Shown in pieces: positions 12,501 through 26,540 of a stretch of DNA of 64,000 bases. Position numbers and translations under genes: made by a program. Origin of the DNA: Eledone cirrhosa (lineage: Eukaryota); assembly GCA_964016885.1 (NCBI GenBank), contig OZ024750.1:49414001-49478000 (forward strand), in the 5' to 3' direction. Every line of letters starts with the position of its first letter. Position 1 is the stretch's first letter. Below the pieces are notes generated by a model, which saw only the letters and a list, made by a program, of their open reading frames with translations, had not been told where the DNA came from and searched no databases.

Positions 12501-12689
12501 AGGGTTATATATATATATATATATATATTTATTGATTTCAAGAACGTCAGTATTCCGTGTGTCATAATTCTCTATTATCATAGGTTCATAGGTTTCAAAA
12601 GATTCCGCCCCCCTCAACGACGCCAAACTGAAATTAATATGCATAATGCCAATGAGGGAGTGAGAGGGGAGAGTGTGAACGCTGTGTCA

Positions 12690-13362
12690 ATAACTATTAA
12701 CATGTGTGCGTTTGTATGTACGTGCGCGTATGTTTATGTGTGTGTGCGTGCGTGCAGCGTTCCACAGAGAGTAAAAACTATCAACATGTGTCAGTGTGTG
12801 CCTGTGTACGTTAGCGGGCGTGTACGCGTTTCCATGCGTGTATGTGTGTGGCGTTCCACAATCACCACGCACTTTATCTGTGTGTGTGCCTATCTGTCAG
12901 TCTAACATACATAGAGTTGGGAAGGGAGTAAATAGGAACCTTTCTTTACATTGACGGACATCTTTTATATTTATCTTGTCATTTTTATGCACTATGTATA
13001 TGTGTCAGTGTAGAGACATGTGTGTGTGTGTGTGACGTGTGTAGAAATAAGAGGGGAAGGAAAACAATAACTATTAATATGTGTGCGTGTGTATGTACGT
13101 GCGCGTATTTTTATGTGTGTGTGCGTGCGTGCAACCTTCCACAGAAAGTAAAATTTACAACACGTGTGAGTGTGAGCGTGTGTAAGTTTGCGTGCGTGTG
13201 CGCGTTTCCATGCGTGTATGTGTGTGGCATTTCACAATCGCCACGTAGTTTATCTGTATGTGTGCCTGTCTCTCAGTCTAGCATACGCAGAGTTGTGAAG
13301 GGAGTAAATAGGGACCTTTCTTTAAATTGACGGACATCTTTTATATTTATTATTGTGTCATT
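12690..13362 (+). repeat. About 376-bp diverged tandem duplication upstream of the Helitron ORF
   Basis: About 12690-12985 matches about 13066-13362. Both end in gtaaatagg(a/g)acc...ttgacggacatcttttatatt. Confidence 0.75.
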
Positions 13363-13371
13363 ATTTGACAA

Positions 13372-16300
13372 TTGCTCGAAATAAATACTGATAATAAAAG
13401 CAATTGGACTTTAACAAACATTGAAATACAGCGGCGACGGCGTGCAGACAGCAATGAAGAAAAACGGGCCGAACAGCGCCATCGGAACGCTGAACTTCAG
13501 AGGCGAAGACGTGCTGCCATAAATGAAGAGGAGCTGGCTGAACAACGCCAACGAAACACTGGAGCCAAGCAGCAACGGCGTGCTGCGATGGTTGAAGACG
13601 AACTGGCTGAGCATCATCAGCCGATGGCCCGAGTTCAGCAGCAACGGCGTGCTGCAATGGATGAAGAGGAGCTGGCTGTACAGCGCCAGCGCAATACAGA
13701 AGTTCAGAGAATGTGTCGCCATAGTGCTCCTTATTCCAGTAAAGAGGCTAGAAGGTGAACGAATGATATTAAAAATGGATCTTGGCAACCGTGTCATTTT
13801 AAGATTGGTGGACGAGCAGAGTGTCCACATTGTGTAGCATTGCTTTTGAGGCACGAAAAGACGTGTACCACAATGTGCTGTCATAAAGGAGCAGTTCAAC
13901 TAGAACTCTTGCGAATGCCGGATGATGAGGAGTCACCGGTGTTTAAAATACTAAGTATGTGGGTGATCAAGGAGACCGAGGTAGATTACTGCGCACATAT
14001 TTGCGGCAAATTGACAATTCATTAGCTTTAGCATTGTAGAGAGTTTGTGAGATGTTTGAGAGTGGAGCATGGCAACCGAATGTAGTCATTCAAGGCCGTT
14101 TGTATCATTGTATCGGTAATTTAGAAGTTGCCCCAGGAGTGAGGCCTCGATTCGCTCAAATTTACGTTAACGATCCAGATTATAGTGAATCGGAGGAGGA
14201 TATCAGGATCGGTTGGATGAAGTTGCCGGGAAATATAACTGAACTTGAACGACAAAGGTTAAGTGATTTGATCCATGATTTGCAATCATGGCTTAGACAG
14301 TGTAATCCTTATGTTATGGATGTCATGTTGGTGGCTGAAGTGCAGAATGTTCAGCAGCAAACATTGGTGATTAAGGCTGACGCAGTGCCAAGGAATCAAC
14401 ACGAACGGCGATATAATGACCCTGAAGGATTTCGTGAAATTGCTGTGTTGATGGACGATAAGCCTGGATCGAGAGATATCGTCATCAATCGCAGAATGGG
14501 GGTCTCAAGACTATCATTGAGTCAAATATGGCATACGATCGATTGCATTATGTTCTTCTATTCTCAAATGTGAAAATGGATGGAACATGTCTGTTCATTT
14601 AGATGATCAAGAGAATCAGCATCAACAGGGAGGTGGCAATAGACACAATAATTCGATTCGCGACTTTTAAGCGTTCCATTTGAACGAGAGGAATCAACAA
14701 AGAAGTTCGCTATTTCAAGCCAGCAGATTGTTCCAGGAATATTGTTGTATGGCATTCGCAAAGATCGAAAATCCAAAGCTAAATTATATAGCTACATATC
14801 AGCAACATATCAGAGCTGAATCGTATAATAATATACAGGATGCGATAACAGCCGATGATGCCAATTACAAGCAAATTGATCGACGCATCATTTCGCCATC
14901 GTCGTTCATCAGCGGCACGAGATATATGAACATTCACTATCAGGATGCAATGGCAATTGTCAGAAAGTTTGGAAAACCAGATTTGTTTATAACGGTTACA
15001 TGCAATCCTGAATGGACTGATATTAAGGATGCTCTTTTGCCAGGACAACAACCAAAGGACCGGCCTGCTATTGTGGCAAGAGTATTCAAAGGATATCTGA
15101 AAAAGATAATGGATGATGTGGAAAAAGAGGGAATCTTTGAAGGTATAGTTGCTTTTACATAGGTAATTGAATTCCAAAAAAGTCCTCTGCCACATGCACA
15201 TTTGCTGATCATTTTACAAAGAGATTGCAAATGGAGTTTTGCTGAGGATGTCGACAGCATTGTGTGTGCTGAACTGCCGTAGAATGAGGCACTACGGAAC
15301 TTGGTGGCAAAGTCAATGGTGCACAACCAATGCGGAATGGCAAATCGGAAAGCGCCTTGCATGAAAAATGGCCAATGCAATAAGCACTTTCCGAAATCTT
15401 TTGTCACGAACACTTCCTGGAACGATGGGATTGCTCATCCCTCATACAGAAGACGGTCGCCTGCAGATGTCGGTTTGTCTGCAGATGTAAACGGTCGACA
15501 GGTTACAAATCAATGGGGTGTGCCATACAATCCATATTTGATTATGAAATATCGTTGTCATATTAATGTGGAAATGTGTAGCTCAGTGAAAGCGTGCATA
15601 TATATATTCAAATATGTTTACAAAGGTCATGATCGGGCAATGATCAATGTCAGGAATGAGGAAGCGAACCAAGGAGATGAAGTTGGTAGGTTCCAGTATG
15701 TTCGCTGGAATGGATCTAGCGAAGCTTGATGGAGATTGTTCGATTTTGATCTCAATGAATGTAAACCCAGCGTTCAGTAAATGACGGTTCACTTAGAGAA
15801 TAGGCAAAGGGTCTGTTTTCAGGACACTAGAAAAGGTGACGAAAGAATTGCTAACGCACCAACCAACTCCTAAGACGGAATTGACTGAGTGGTTCAAGCA
15901 TAATAGGGAACATGATTTGAACCCGGATCAAAGGCAACTCTACTGCGATTTCCCTTCGCACTATACGTGGGGTAAGAAGAGAAGGAAATGGAATGATAGA
16001 AAACAAAAGTTGAGATTCATGACTATTGGACGGGCTTGTAATGTCCATCCAGCATCTGGTGATGTGTTTCTCTCCGAATTCTGTTGCATAATGATTTTTA
16101 GAGATGTAAACAGAGCTTCGCTGATTTGAAAACGATCAATAGCATTGAATATGAAACATACCAGGCTGCGTGCCAGCCTCTGGGACTCCTTCATGATGAC
16201 GCTGAATGGAATAACCCCAGGGAAGTTGCAGGAACAACACAGATGCCAGCTCAAATAAGGCAAGTTGTTTGTCAAGATTCTAGGATTCTGCAATCCTGCC

Positions 16301-16960
16301 GATCCAAGAGAGTTATTTGAACGCCATTGGGGAATTATGACTGTTGATTTTAGACATCATCTTCAGGTCGATGATGAAAATTTGATGAAAGCTATTGCTT
16401 TGCTCAATATTGAGCAACTGCTTGAAGTTCATTTCAAATGTGTAACAGATTTCAATTTGCCAATTCCTAATGAAGAAATGCGGCAACGTGTCTTAGCATT
16501 GAACATGATTTTGCAGCTTAGACGGTTTCCACTCGATCGGAGGGAACTATTCTAGTTTGATCCACTGGAACACCAACGTATTGTGGATGAACGTATGCCA
16601 ATATTGACCCAATCTCACAGAGAATTGGTTGATGGCATTCTCCACTCGATTTCCACTAATGAGCAACTTTGTGCTTTCATAAGCACCGGAAAGACATTCT
16701 GTTTCAACACTATGTTATCGGCAGTCAGAGCTCAGAGGAAGATTGCTCTCCCTGTGGCCACCAGTGGGATCGCTGGCACTTTGCTGAGTGCTGGAAGGAT
16801 CTTCCACTCATACTTCAAGGCTCCATTGCCTCCGGATGAGTTGAGTGTCTGTAACATTACCGGACAAAGTGAACTCGCGGGCCTTATACGCAACACGTCT
16901 CTGATTATTTGGGAGGGGGATCCAATAGCACACAGATATTTGCTAGAGGCATTGACAGAG
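13372..16960 (+). mobile_element. Helitron Rep/helicase (HUH endonuclease + PIF1-type helicase), pseudogenised and truncated in the helicase
   Basis: Rep motifs KFGKPDLFITVTCNPEW, IEFQKSPLPHAHLL and YIFKYVYKGHDRA; RPRFAQIY; helicase STGKTF and VATSGIAGTLL...GRIFHSYFK; N-terminal charged repeats and a Cys-rich motif; multiple stops and frameshifts. Confidence 0.93.
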
Positions 16961-17625
16961 TTATCATTTATGTTCAATGTCATTTAATGTCGTTATGAGC
17001 AATAACAACAAACAAGTATTGGTAAAAATTGCTTTCACTGTTATGTTGCGCAATAAATACCAACAAGTATTGGTAGGAATTGCCTTCACTGCTATGAATA
17101 TTCGACGTAAATGTTTCAGACATTGGTGTCCTTTGATCAGTATTGTGAGCTTTGACAGAGTTATCATTTCTGTTCAATGACATTTATTGTCAATAATGAA
17201 CAATAAAAACCAACAAGTATTGGTAGAAATTGCCTTCAAATTTATCGCTTCTGATAGCGGTGGTAATAAAACGTCAAGATAAACTGAGTCTGGCAAAAGG
17301 TTTGGTGCCTATGGCCGGCACTGACTGGAGTAATATTGGAAAACGATTCTATTTTCGAAGTAGAAGGATCCGCCATTTGGAGTTCAAACCAGGCCTCCTC
17401 CCCGAGTTGAACCCTGGGCAATATTGACTGTCTATTACTCAGTGGCTAAGAGCCTGGAAATGACTGAATAATTTTTTTTGTCATATAATTTGTTGTTTTA
17501 TTATTATAGCTGACCACTTATAGATAAACATGTTATCCATATCCATATTAATATGGCATTTGTATAAACCATTTAAAGTAAATAGGGACCGTTTCTACAT
17601 TGACGGAGATCTTTTATATTAATTA

Positions 17626-18250
<625 letters not shown>

Positions 18251-18285
18251 CCACCATACTATTTCATTATAATATTAGGTAGGAA

Positions 18286-18478
18286 GGGCGGTGGATTGGC
18301 AGTATCAGTAGAGGGTCGGACACCATGCTTTGCAGCATAGTTACGTCCCTTTACGATCTGAGTTCAAATCCCGCCGAGGTTAACTTTGCCTTTCATCCTT
18401 ACGGGGTCGATAAAATAAAGTACCAGTAATGCACTGGGTAATTGCTGGCCTTGTGCCTAAAGTAGAAACAATTATTAT
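18286..18478 (+). mobile_element. Full-length tRNA-derived SINE (partial second copy 18490-18607)
   Basis: A-box-like tggcagtatcagt, B-box gagttcaaatccc, central tttgcctttcatccttacggggtcgataaaataaagtaccag, tail ggccttgtgcctaaagtagaaac(aatt)(att)n; multicopy in the window. Confidence 0.88.
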
Positions 18479-18829
18479 AATTTTAACGGAGTTCAAATCC
18501 CACCGAGGTTCACTTTGCCTTTCATCCTTTCGGGGTCGATAAAATAAAGTACTAGTCATGTACTGGGTAATCGCTGGCCTTGGGCCAAAAAAGTAGAACA
18601 AATTATAGTTTTAAAGGATTGTAAATAAAACGAGTAAATCAGACAAACTTGGAATTCCTTTTATTAATATATATATATATATATATATATATAGCGAGGG
18701 AAAGGTGGTAAGGAACCAGGTGGACCATAACGCACAAAAGTACTCAATACCTAGGGTAGTAGAGTGGGTAATACAGAATTAGCCGTCGAAACGGCTTGAG
18801 CTCAGCCGTCCGGGTCTTACTTACTCCTA

Positions 18830-18921
<92 letters not shown>

Positions 18922-19267
18922 AATTGCAGAACGAACAAACATTAAACAATCCTTTAGATAAATTAAAAAATAATTTAAATATCTACCTGTTCATAATGCT
19001 ATTACCGGCGGTTTCCATCCACAAAAGATTGGAAATTCAGGGAATTTCCAACGGAAAGTAGATTTCATCAGATAGCTATTTCCATTCTATAGGAGATTTG
19101 TCCCACGGTCAGCGAATATAATGCTAACTACCAGCACGTATGTGCTATAGCCGTTAAAGTGACCCGTATTGACCTGGCCACTAGAGCAAGCGGGAATATT
19201 ATAGACTTGTTGATGGCTTGGCTGCTAAAAAAAATAGCAGTAAGCAACAACGAATATATTGGAGAAT

Positions 19268-19435
19268 ATATAAAAATGAGGTAAATATCTCATTGAGCAC
19301 TAAGTACACACTGAGATATATAGGGTGTCTACAATATAATTGTTGTTCTATGGTACTAATTCGAGATACCAGAACTATAAACATTCTCAGTGTGTACTTA
19401 GTGCTCAATGAGATATTTACCTCATTTTTAAATAT
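19268..19435. repeat. About 47-bp inverted repeat flanked by TA-rich sequence
   Basis: aaaaatgaggtaaatatctcattgagcactaagtacacactgaga ... tctcagtgtgtacttagtgctcaatgagatatttacctcattttt. Confidence 0.8.
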
Positions 19436-19452
19436 ATATATATATATATATA

Positions 19453-20596
19453 ATATATTTAGAAACACACAGATACATGCGGACACACAGATATACATGA
19501 ATGCATCCGCACCCAACTGTGAGTTAAGGGTGCCAACTTCACCGATGTTGCTCAATGAATGACTGGGACAGCCAATTCAGTTGAACTAGACTGAACCAGT
19601 ATCAGAGTTAAAAATACATTATGAAGAGAGAAGAAACATTTAGATATAATTAGTAATAAAATGTATCATACCTAAACTGCTCCTAAATTCCTCGACTACG
19701 TAGTTTCGTGGCATAAACAAAAACAATATATCATAAAGATATAGAGTCCTTGCGAGGTCTGCCGACTTATCAAGAGGATACCTCATTTTACTAGTCTCAA
19801 GAACGCGTCGACACGACGTGAGAAAGAATCCCAAAAGGCGGAGGGGGAGATAGTCACGCGATATAACGGTCGAGAAACAGAGCTAAGCCTCTTATAACCC
19901 CGAAGAAAATACCACGGAGGCGGAGGGGGTATTTATATCGAGGCCGTAGAAGAGGTGGTGAAGAAGGCGAGAAGTATGAGTAATGGAAGCTTTCCGGCTG
20001 TCCCCACACCTCAAAGATTGCTCGACCAGAGGGAGTTATTAACAATATATTTAGAAACACACAGATACATGCGGACACACACAGATATACATGAATGCAT
20101 CCGCACCCAACTGTGAGTTAAGGGTGCCAACTTCACCGATGTTGCTCAATGAATGACTGGGACAGCCAATTCAGTTGAACTAGACTGAACCAGTATCAGA
20201 GTTAAAAATACATTATGAAGAGAGAAGAAACATTTAGATATAATTAGTAATAAAATGTATCATACCTAAACTGCTCCTAAATTCCTCGACTACGTAGTTT
20301 CGTGGCATAAACAAAAACAATATATCATAAAGATATAGAGTCCTTGCGAGGTCTGCCGACTTATCAAGAGGATACCTCATTTTACTAGTCTCAAGAACGC
20401 GTCGACACGACGTGAGAAAGAATCCCAAAAGGCGGAGGGGGAGATAGTCACGCGATATAACGGTCGAGAAACAGAGCTAAGCCTCTTATAACCCCGAAGA
20501 AAATACCACGGAGGCGGAGGGGGTATTTATATCGAGGCCGGTATGATACATTTTATTACTAATTATATCTAAATGTTTCTTCTCTCTTCATAATGT
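19453..20596 (-). mobile_element. Tandem 594-bp non-coding units, each with a U3-A8 hammerhead (19689-19778, 20283-20372), ending in a short inverted fragment
   Basis: Near-identical repeats 594 bp apart (ORF track duplicates 19640 and 20234). 20540-20596 is an inversion of part of the unit. Confidence 0.8.
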
Positions 20597-20653
20597 ATAT
20601 ATATATATATATATATATAGTTAAAAGAATAGAGGTGTAACACACAAGTTATT

Positions 20654-21339
20654 ATATATTGGTACACGGAATAGAAAATGTGACAAATTGTTCACAGATG
20701 AAAAATGGTTTAATTAGGAATAAAAGAGTATTAGTGATTGTATGGGTTAGTATTCAGTTGTGGTTTTAAGTTTTTAAGTTTTTACCGGTTGCGCATTTCT
20801 AAATGCTTTTCAAAAATAATTTTGAGATAGAGTGTCCGTGCTGTTTGCTCTGATCTGATTAGTTTTGGGAATTCTACCTGTTTTTATGTTAAAAAAGTGG
20901 CTCCAGCGTTATTTTTGTGTTGCAAAAATGCTTGTGGTCAAAACAATTTTGATTGGTCGGTAGAGGTCATGTGAATGTAAAAAGTTGATTTTGCGCCAAG
21001 ACTGTTTTTATGTTAAAAAAGTGGCTCCAGCAAAAATTCTTGGTCAAAACAATTTTGATTGGTCGGTAGAGGTCATGTGGATAAAAAAATTGGTTTTGCG
21101 CCACTTTTTTAACATAAAAACAGGTAGAATTCCCAAAACTAATCAGATCAGAGCAAACAGCACGGACACTCTATCTCAAAATTATTTTTGAAAAGCATTT
21201 AGAAATGCGCAACCGGTAAAAACTTAAAAACTTAAAACCACAACTGAATACTAACCCATACAATCACTAATACTCTTCTATTCCTAATTAAACCATTTTT
21301 CAACTGTGAACAATTTGTCAGCATTTTCTATTCCGTTTA

Positions 21340-21348
<9 letters not shown>
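20654..21348. repeat. About 250-bp inverted repeat with a degenerate U3-A8 hammerhead in each arm
   Basis: Arms about 20654-20901 and 21100-21348. The plus copy at 21185-21222 reads ttt-TTGAAAA-gcattt-ag-aaatgc-GCAAC-cg-GTA-aaaa. Confidence 0.75.
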
Positions 21349-21430
<82 letters not shown>

Positions 21431-21527
21431 TTATTTATTTGTATATATAGTATATAGGAATCAGTAATGCGTTAAACCACAATTTATCTTGTGTGTTCAA
21501 ACATCACGGGATGTTTGAACAAACAAG

Positions 21528-21619
21528 ACATATCTGAAGAACGTTCGAATACAGAGTCGGGTTCGATCTGTAACATATCCTGCCTCGTGCTGAGCGACGA
21601 AGAAACATATGTAATATGT
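21528..21619 (+). ncRNA. Type I hammerhead motif
   Basis: acatat-CTGAAGA...GAAAC-atat-GTA-atatgt, with AATAAA at 21621-21626. The base of stem II is imperfect. Confidence 0.65.
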
Positions 21620-21740
21620 TAATAAATTCTGGTTTCATGCATTACTGATTCCTCGTTCTTTATACTAGTATCTTCTGCTCTGTTCGAGGAGGGAGGGCTC
21701 AACCTGCATACCGCCTACGGACGCATTTACCTAACATCAA

Positions 21741-21816
<76 letters not shown>

Positions 21817-21853
21817 TATGTGAGAAAAACCACAGAACCTCCATCTCAACTCA

Positions 21854-21891
21854 CCTTTTGAAAAGCAGAAGAACTGCGAAACCGGTAAAGG
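21854..21891 (+). ncRNA. Very compact (38-nt) minimal hammerhead with U3-A8 core
   Basis: cctt-TTGAAAA-gcag-aagaa-ctgc-GAAAC-cg-GTA-aagg, with palindromic ACCGGT stem III and AATAAA just downstream. Confidence 0.72.
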
Positions 21892-22409
21892 AACCAAATA
21901 AATATGTATACTTAAAAAAAAAATAAGACTCCAGTTGCATTTTCGATTTCATCTCTTTTTCTTTATACTTTCACTCGTGTAGGACACCTCGGTTATTTTT
22001 CATTTAAAAAAAAAAACCTCACTTTCTAATATATATATATATATTTCGGAATCAACAAACAGCGAAGGACGCGCTCCGGACTTGTCCGACAGACAACCTT
22101 TTCCCCCACCCCGGAGAAAACCCCCAGTTGATGGATGTGAATCCGAAATAAATAGGGACTATTAAATCTCTCCCAAGGTAACTCTCTCTTGTGGTGTTTT
22201 TTTTATTTTATCCTTTATACTCTTCCCTTCATTCTACACATCTCACACATCTTATACACACCACGCCTCTCAACGTACACCCACCTACATCTCTCTCTCT
22301 ACCACCGGACCTTGTTACCCGGAGATTTACCCACTTGCATTGTCGAGGCTTCCAAACGACTTAAAGATATTTACTTAGTGTTCCACAATGCTTCAAGCAA
22401 ACTTCAATA

Positions 22410-22440
<31 letters not shown>

Positions 22441-22441
<1 letters not shown>

Positions 22442-22859
22442 AGAACAAAAGATGGTTAAAAGAGTTCCATGTATTTTATTATGCGCATTTCAAAAACAAA
22501 TATCATCATGCAATAATATTTGTGTTTTCATCAGATAAAACAGGAAGACATGATATGAAGGTTAAAAAACACTTGTGGATAGTGCAGTTTTAAATCAACA
22601 TATCATATGTTGATTTAAAACTGCACTATCCACAAGTGTTTATTAACCTTCATATCATGTCTTCCTTTTTTATCTGATGAAAACACAAATATTATTGCAT
22701 GATGATATTTGTTTTTGAAATGCGCATAATAAAATACATGGAACTCTTTTAACCATCTTTTGTTCTTATATATTATGTATACTCCAGTCCTACAAACTGT
22801 AGAGTGCTTCTTATCCGATATCTGCATTGCTTTATTGTACTACAATAAAACTCACCTCC

Positions 22860-22862
<3 letters not shown>
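22441..22862. mobile_element. Palindromic pseudo-LTR pair with canonical hammerheads (22474-22540 minus, 22668-22734 plus)
   Basis: About 160-bp arms around about 22605. ttttat-CTGATGA-aaacacaaatatt...gatatttgttttt-GAAA-tgcgca-TA-ataaaa. Confidence 0.85.
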
Positions 22863-22922
<60 letters not shown>

Positions 22923-23939
22923 TGAGAGAGACGTTCAATCTTCCAAATTTCATTAACATATTGGAGAAGCTTTATGTGATAGCCACATATTTATTTTGAG
23001 AATATATTTGTGTTTTTTTACTTTGAATATTGTAAATATATCTTCCTTGTTTTGCGTCGAGTTTAAATACGCTGATAAAACATTCAGTGTGTGTGTGCTT
23101 GTATATCTGTGTGTCAGTGTTTATTTATATGCGGGTGTGTCTGATTGTTTATGTAAGTCTTTGTTCAGGTATGTGTGTGCTTGTATTTCTGTGTGTGAGA
23201 ATTTATGTATGTATATTTGTGTGTGTGTGTGTACTTGTATATATATGTGTGTACTTCTATGCCCGTATGTAAGTGATTGCATGAGTGTGTCCTCACTTCG
23301 CTGATTAAATTAATTTGATATATTGAGTTACGTGAAAAATTTGATTTCTAATTAATTATAAATTTATTAGCGGCTGTGTGTACATATGTTTGCATTGTTT
23401 AACTGAGTATTGCTGGTACCTTATGTGTGCTAATGATTTGTTTATTTAGAGTAGAAGTTTGTGTATGTAGAAGAAGGGCTTCGTTTAGGATATTTCACTT
23501 GTAGTTATCTTTGCAATTATATCTGTATTTTAATAAACGGATTTTCGTCTAATTTTTCTTTCCGGGGGTGATTAGAAATACTGTACCTTTATAGTTCTTG
23601 TATGTACGTCATTGTATGTATGTATGTGCTTCTGGTTTTATAATGTCACAAATTTTTCCAATAGAGAGAGAGTCGGTTTCTAACATAAGCACAAGACTCT
23701 CTCATTGGAATTTACACAACATCAACTAGGTAGATATGTATGAATGTCTGCATACATGTGTAGATATGGATGTTATTGTGGATGTTATATGTGGATGTTT
23801 TAAGTTGTATGTGTGCATGTGTATATGCTTAATATCTGTAGATGTGTATAAGCAATTATTAGCTGCAACATTTTTGGAATGTTTTACATATTTCTACTGT
23901 TCCATTAATGGATTGTACTTGTAAATTCCTAACTTTCTG

Positions 23940-25366
23940 TTCCTGTGAAGCCCAGCTTCTCAAGATGTGTATTGAGGCAGTTACTAACTTATCCCAGTGC
24001 CCCAATAATGACAGGCATAAATCTGAAGGTATAATCGGTGTGGAGTATCTGCAGATTTCTCATCAGTTCTGCATAAATATTCTCCTTTTCGCTAATCTTT
24101 AATATTATATTGATATCTGCTGGGCATTTAACTTCCACTACTGTGCATGCTTTATTTTCCTGTCACATATCACAATATCTGGTCTGTATGCCTGCATTTT
24201 ATTGGGGTTTTTACTCGAACATTCCACCAGTAATCTTTCATATTATGTATATGTATGTCTTCCGCATTGGTGTAGCATTTAAAGTCGTTATTTTCAGGGC
24301 TATCTTTCCTATGGATTGCATTGTACAGTGTTTTGGCCACTACATCATGCCTCATAGGTAGATAGTACAGTGATGACATCTTGGGACAGCTGCTTATGTC
24401 ATGAAATATATCTTTGATGTTAATTCTGCAGAGTCTGCATCTGTTTTCACTTCTAGGTGTTTTGCCTGCATTCCTATCTCTTTTGTGTATCAATTATTTT
24501 GTGTTGATTTCCTGTTCTTGGATTGCAAAAGCGTATCATTCAAATTGGGAGCCAATATAGCGGTTGTTTATCCAAGATAGACTAATTTATTTATCTAGAT
24601 TACTTTGAATCTGGAGTTTCCTGACAACATATCAATGCATGATTATTTGGCTGATAAACAACCATTTTCCATCCATTGATTCACAGCGATACTGCTGAGC
24701 GACTTACTGGGTGTGAGGTTTTTTATTATAACACAGGATATATCTCTCGAGGAGTTCCTTCCCAACTCTCATGATCTTATCTGTTTCATACAGGCTTGCT
24801 CGAGTGACGGACTCCTACGCTTCGAGGTTCGTAGATGTTGTCGGAGAGATATGATGCGACATTCAAATGTTGTCTGGACTGGTGTTAGGCCTCTGCCTCC
24901 CTGCTTATGTTTCAAGTAAAGGCCGTCTATGTCACTATTGATGTGGAAGATTCCGGTGTTGTTTAGTATTTTCCGAGTTCTAACATCAACTGCTTGGATT
25001 TCGTCTATCGTTCAATTGAGTATTCCAAACGATGGTGTTAGGACAGACAGAGCAAACACATTGTGAGCCACTGTTTTGTTTTGCTCAGAGACGTCCGATG
25101 ACCATATCTTTCTTAATCGGGTGTAGTATTCCGTGGTTACGCGTTCCTTATTACAGATGCCATTATAGGAAATGTTCTCATCTATCCTGAGGTATCTGTA
25201 GAAGTCCCCACCATATATCGGTGAAACAGTTAGGCCATTGATGACAATGTTGCTAGATTGAGTTGTTGTTTTTCCCCGATTTACAGTCATATATGTGCAT
25301 TTAACTTGAACAAACTCCATTTCTATATCCTTTGGGAATGTTGTAACCAGATCAAGATTATTCTTC
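23940..25366 (-). mobile_element. Decayed 5'-truncated R4/Dong-like (RLE) non-LTR retrotransposon
   Basis: KCTYMTVNRGK, YRYLRIDE, EYYTRLRKIWSS, CRLC..FHDISSC..RHDVVAK (CCHC knuckle and RHD) and WWN. Confidence 0.85.
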
Positions 25367-25492
25367 ATTCCATCCTTTTTCTCGTATGCATGTATGGATG
25401 GATGGATGTATGGACGTATTTATGTATGTACGTATGCATGGATGGGTTGGACCGGGGAGTCTAGTTCTGGGAACACAGTTGATGTGTTTCAG

Positions 25493-25605
25493 AGAAGAAG
25501 AAGAAGAAGAAGAAGAAGAAGAAGAAGAAGAAGAAGAAGAAGAAGAAGAAGAAGAAGAAGAAGAAGAAGAAGAAGAAGAAGAAGAAGAAGAAGAAGAAGA
25601 AGAAG
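25493..25605. repeat. (GAA)n microsatellite
   Basis: Seen directly. Confidence 0.98.
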
Positions 25606-25987
25606 ATAAAGACGATGATGATGATAGAGAAAGATATTGTTTATGTATCTGTGAAAGTGATATAGTGGTCTATCTCAACACAAAGCTACCTCAAAAATGT
25701 AAAGTCGACTTCGGCAAGATTTCGTCTCGGCTACCGCAGAGGGCCGGAACCACTACTGCAAAAAAGCATGTTCTCCAACGTTGTCACCAACCTGCCAATT
25801 CTCCGTCTTTATGTACACAATTACAGATGTATAATAATCTTATATACGGAGGCAATTTTAAAATGCATGTATTATTTCTGTTATACATATGTATATGAAT
25901 TGTTGAATGAGGTCGGGCTATTTGCCTCAAATAATAGTTTTTGTTACTATTCTGTTACTTGTGAGTAAATCCTTATACCGTTTACAC

Positions 25988-26250
<263 letters not shown>

Positions 26251-26397
26251 TATATACATATGTATATAGATTAACATGGTTCGTTGATTACACTAAGAAT
26301 ACAATAAAACAATAGATTAGAAACACTGCAGATTTACTGGCAATACTGGAATTGAATAATCAAAACCGAAGCGGTGTGTCACATATCAAATCATATA

Positions 26398-26456
26398 TTT
26401 TATCTGATGAAAACGCACTTGAACACCATCGTACCTTTGAAATATGTATAATAATA
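26398..26456 (+). ncRNA. Degenerate hammerhead motif (related minus-strand copy at about 27137-27186)
   Basis: tttat-CTGATGA-aaacgcac...gtaccttt-GAAA-tatgta-TA-ataat. Confidence 0.5.
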
Positions 26457-26505
26457 TATATATTTTGATTATGTGAATGTTTTTCATTTATTGACATATT
26501 GAATA

Positions 26506-26536
<31 letters not shown>

Positions 26537-26540
<4 letters not shown>

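Noticed and set aside
18286-18375. tRNA gene
   Set aside because: A/B-box-like motifs are present but no cloverleaf; it is the head of a multicopy SINE.
25386-25898. Poly-Glu / poly-Arg ORFs
   Set aside because: Translation of a (GAA)n microsatellite.
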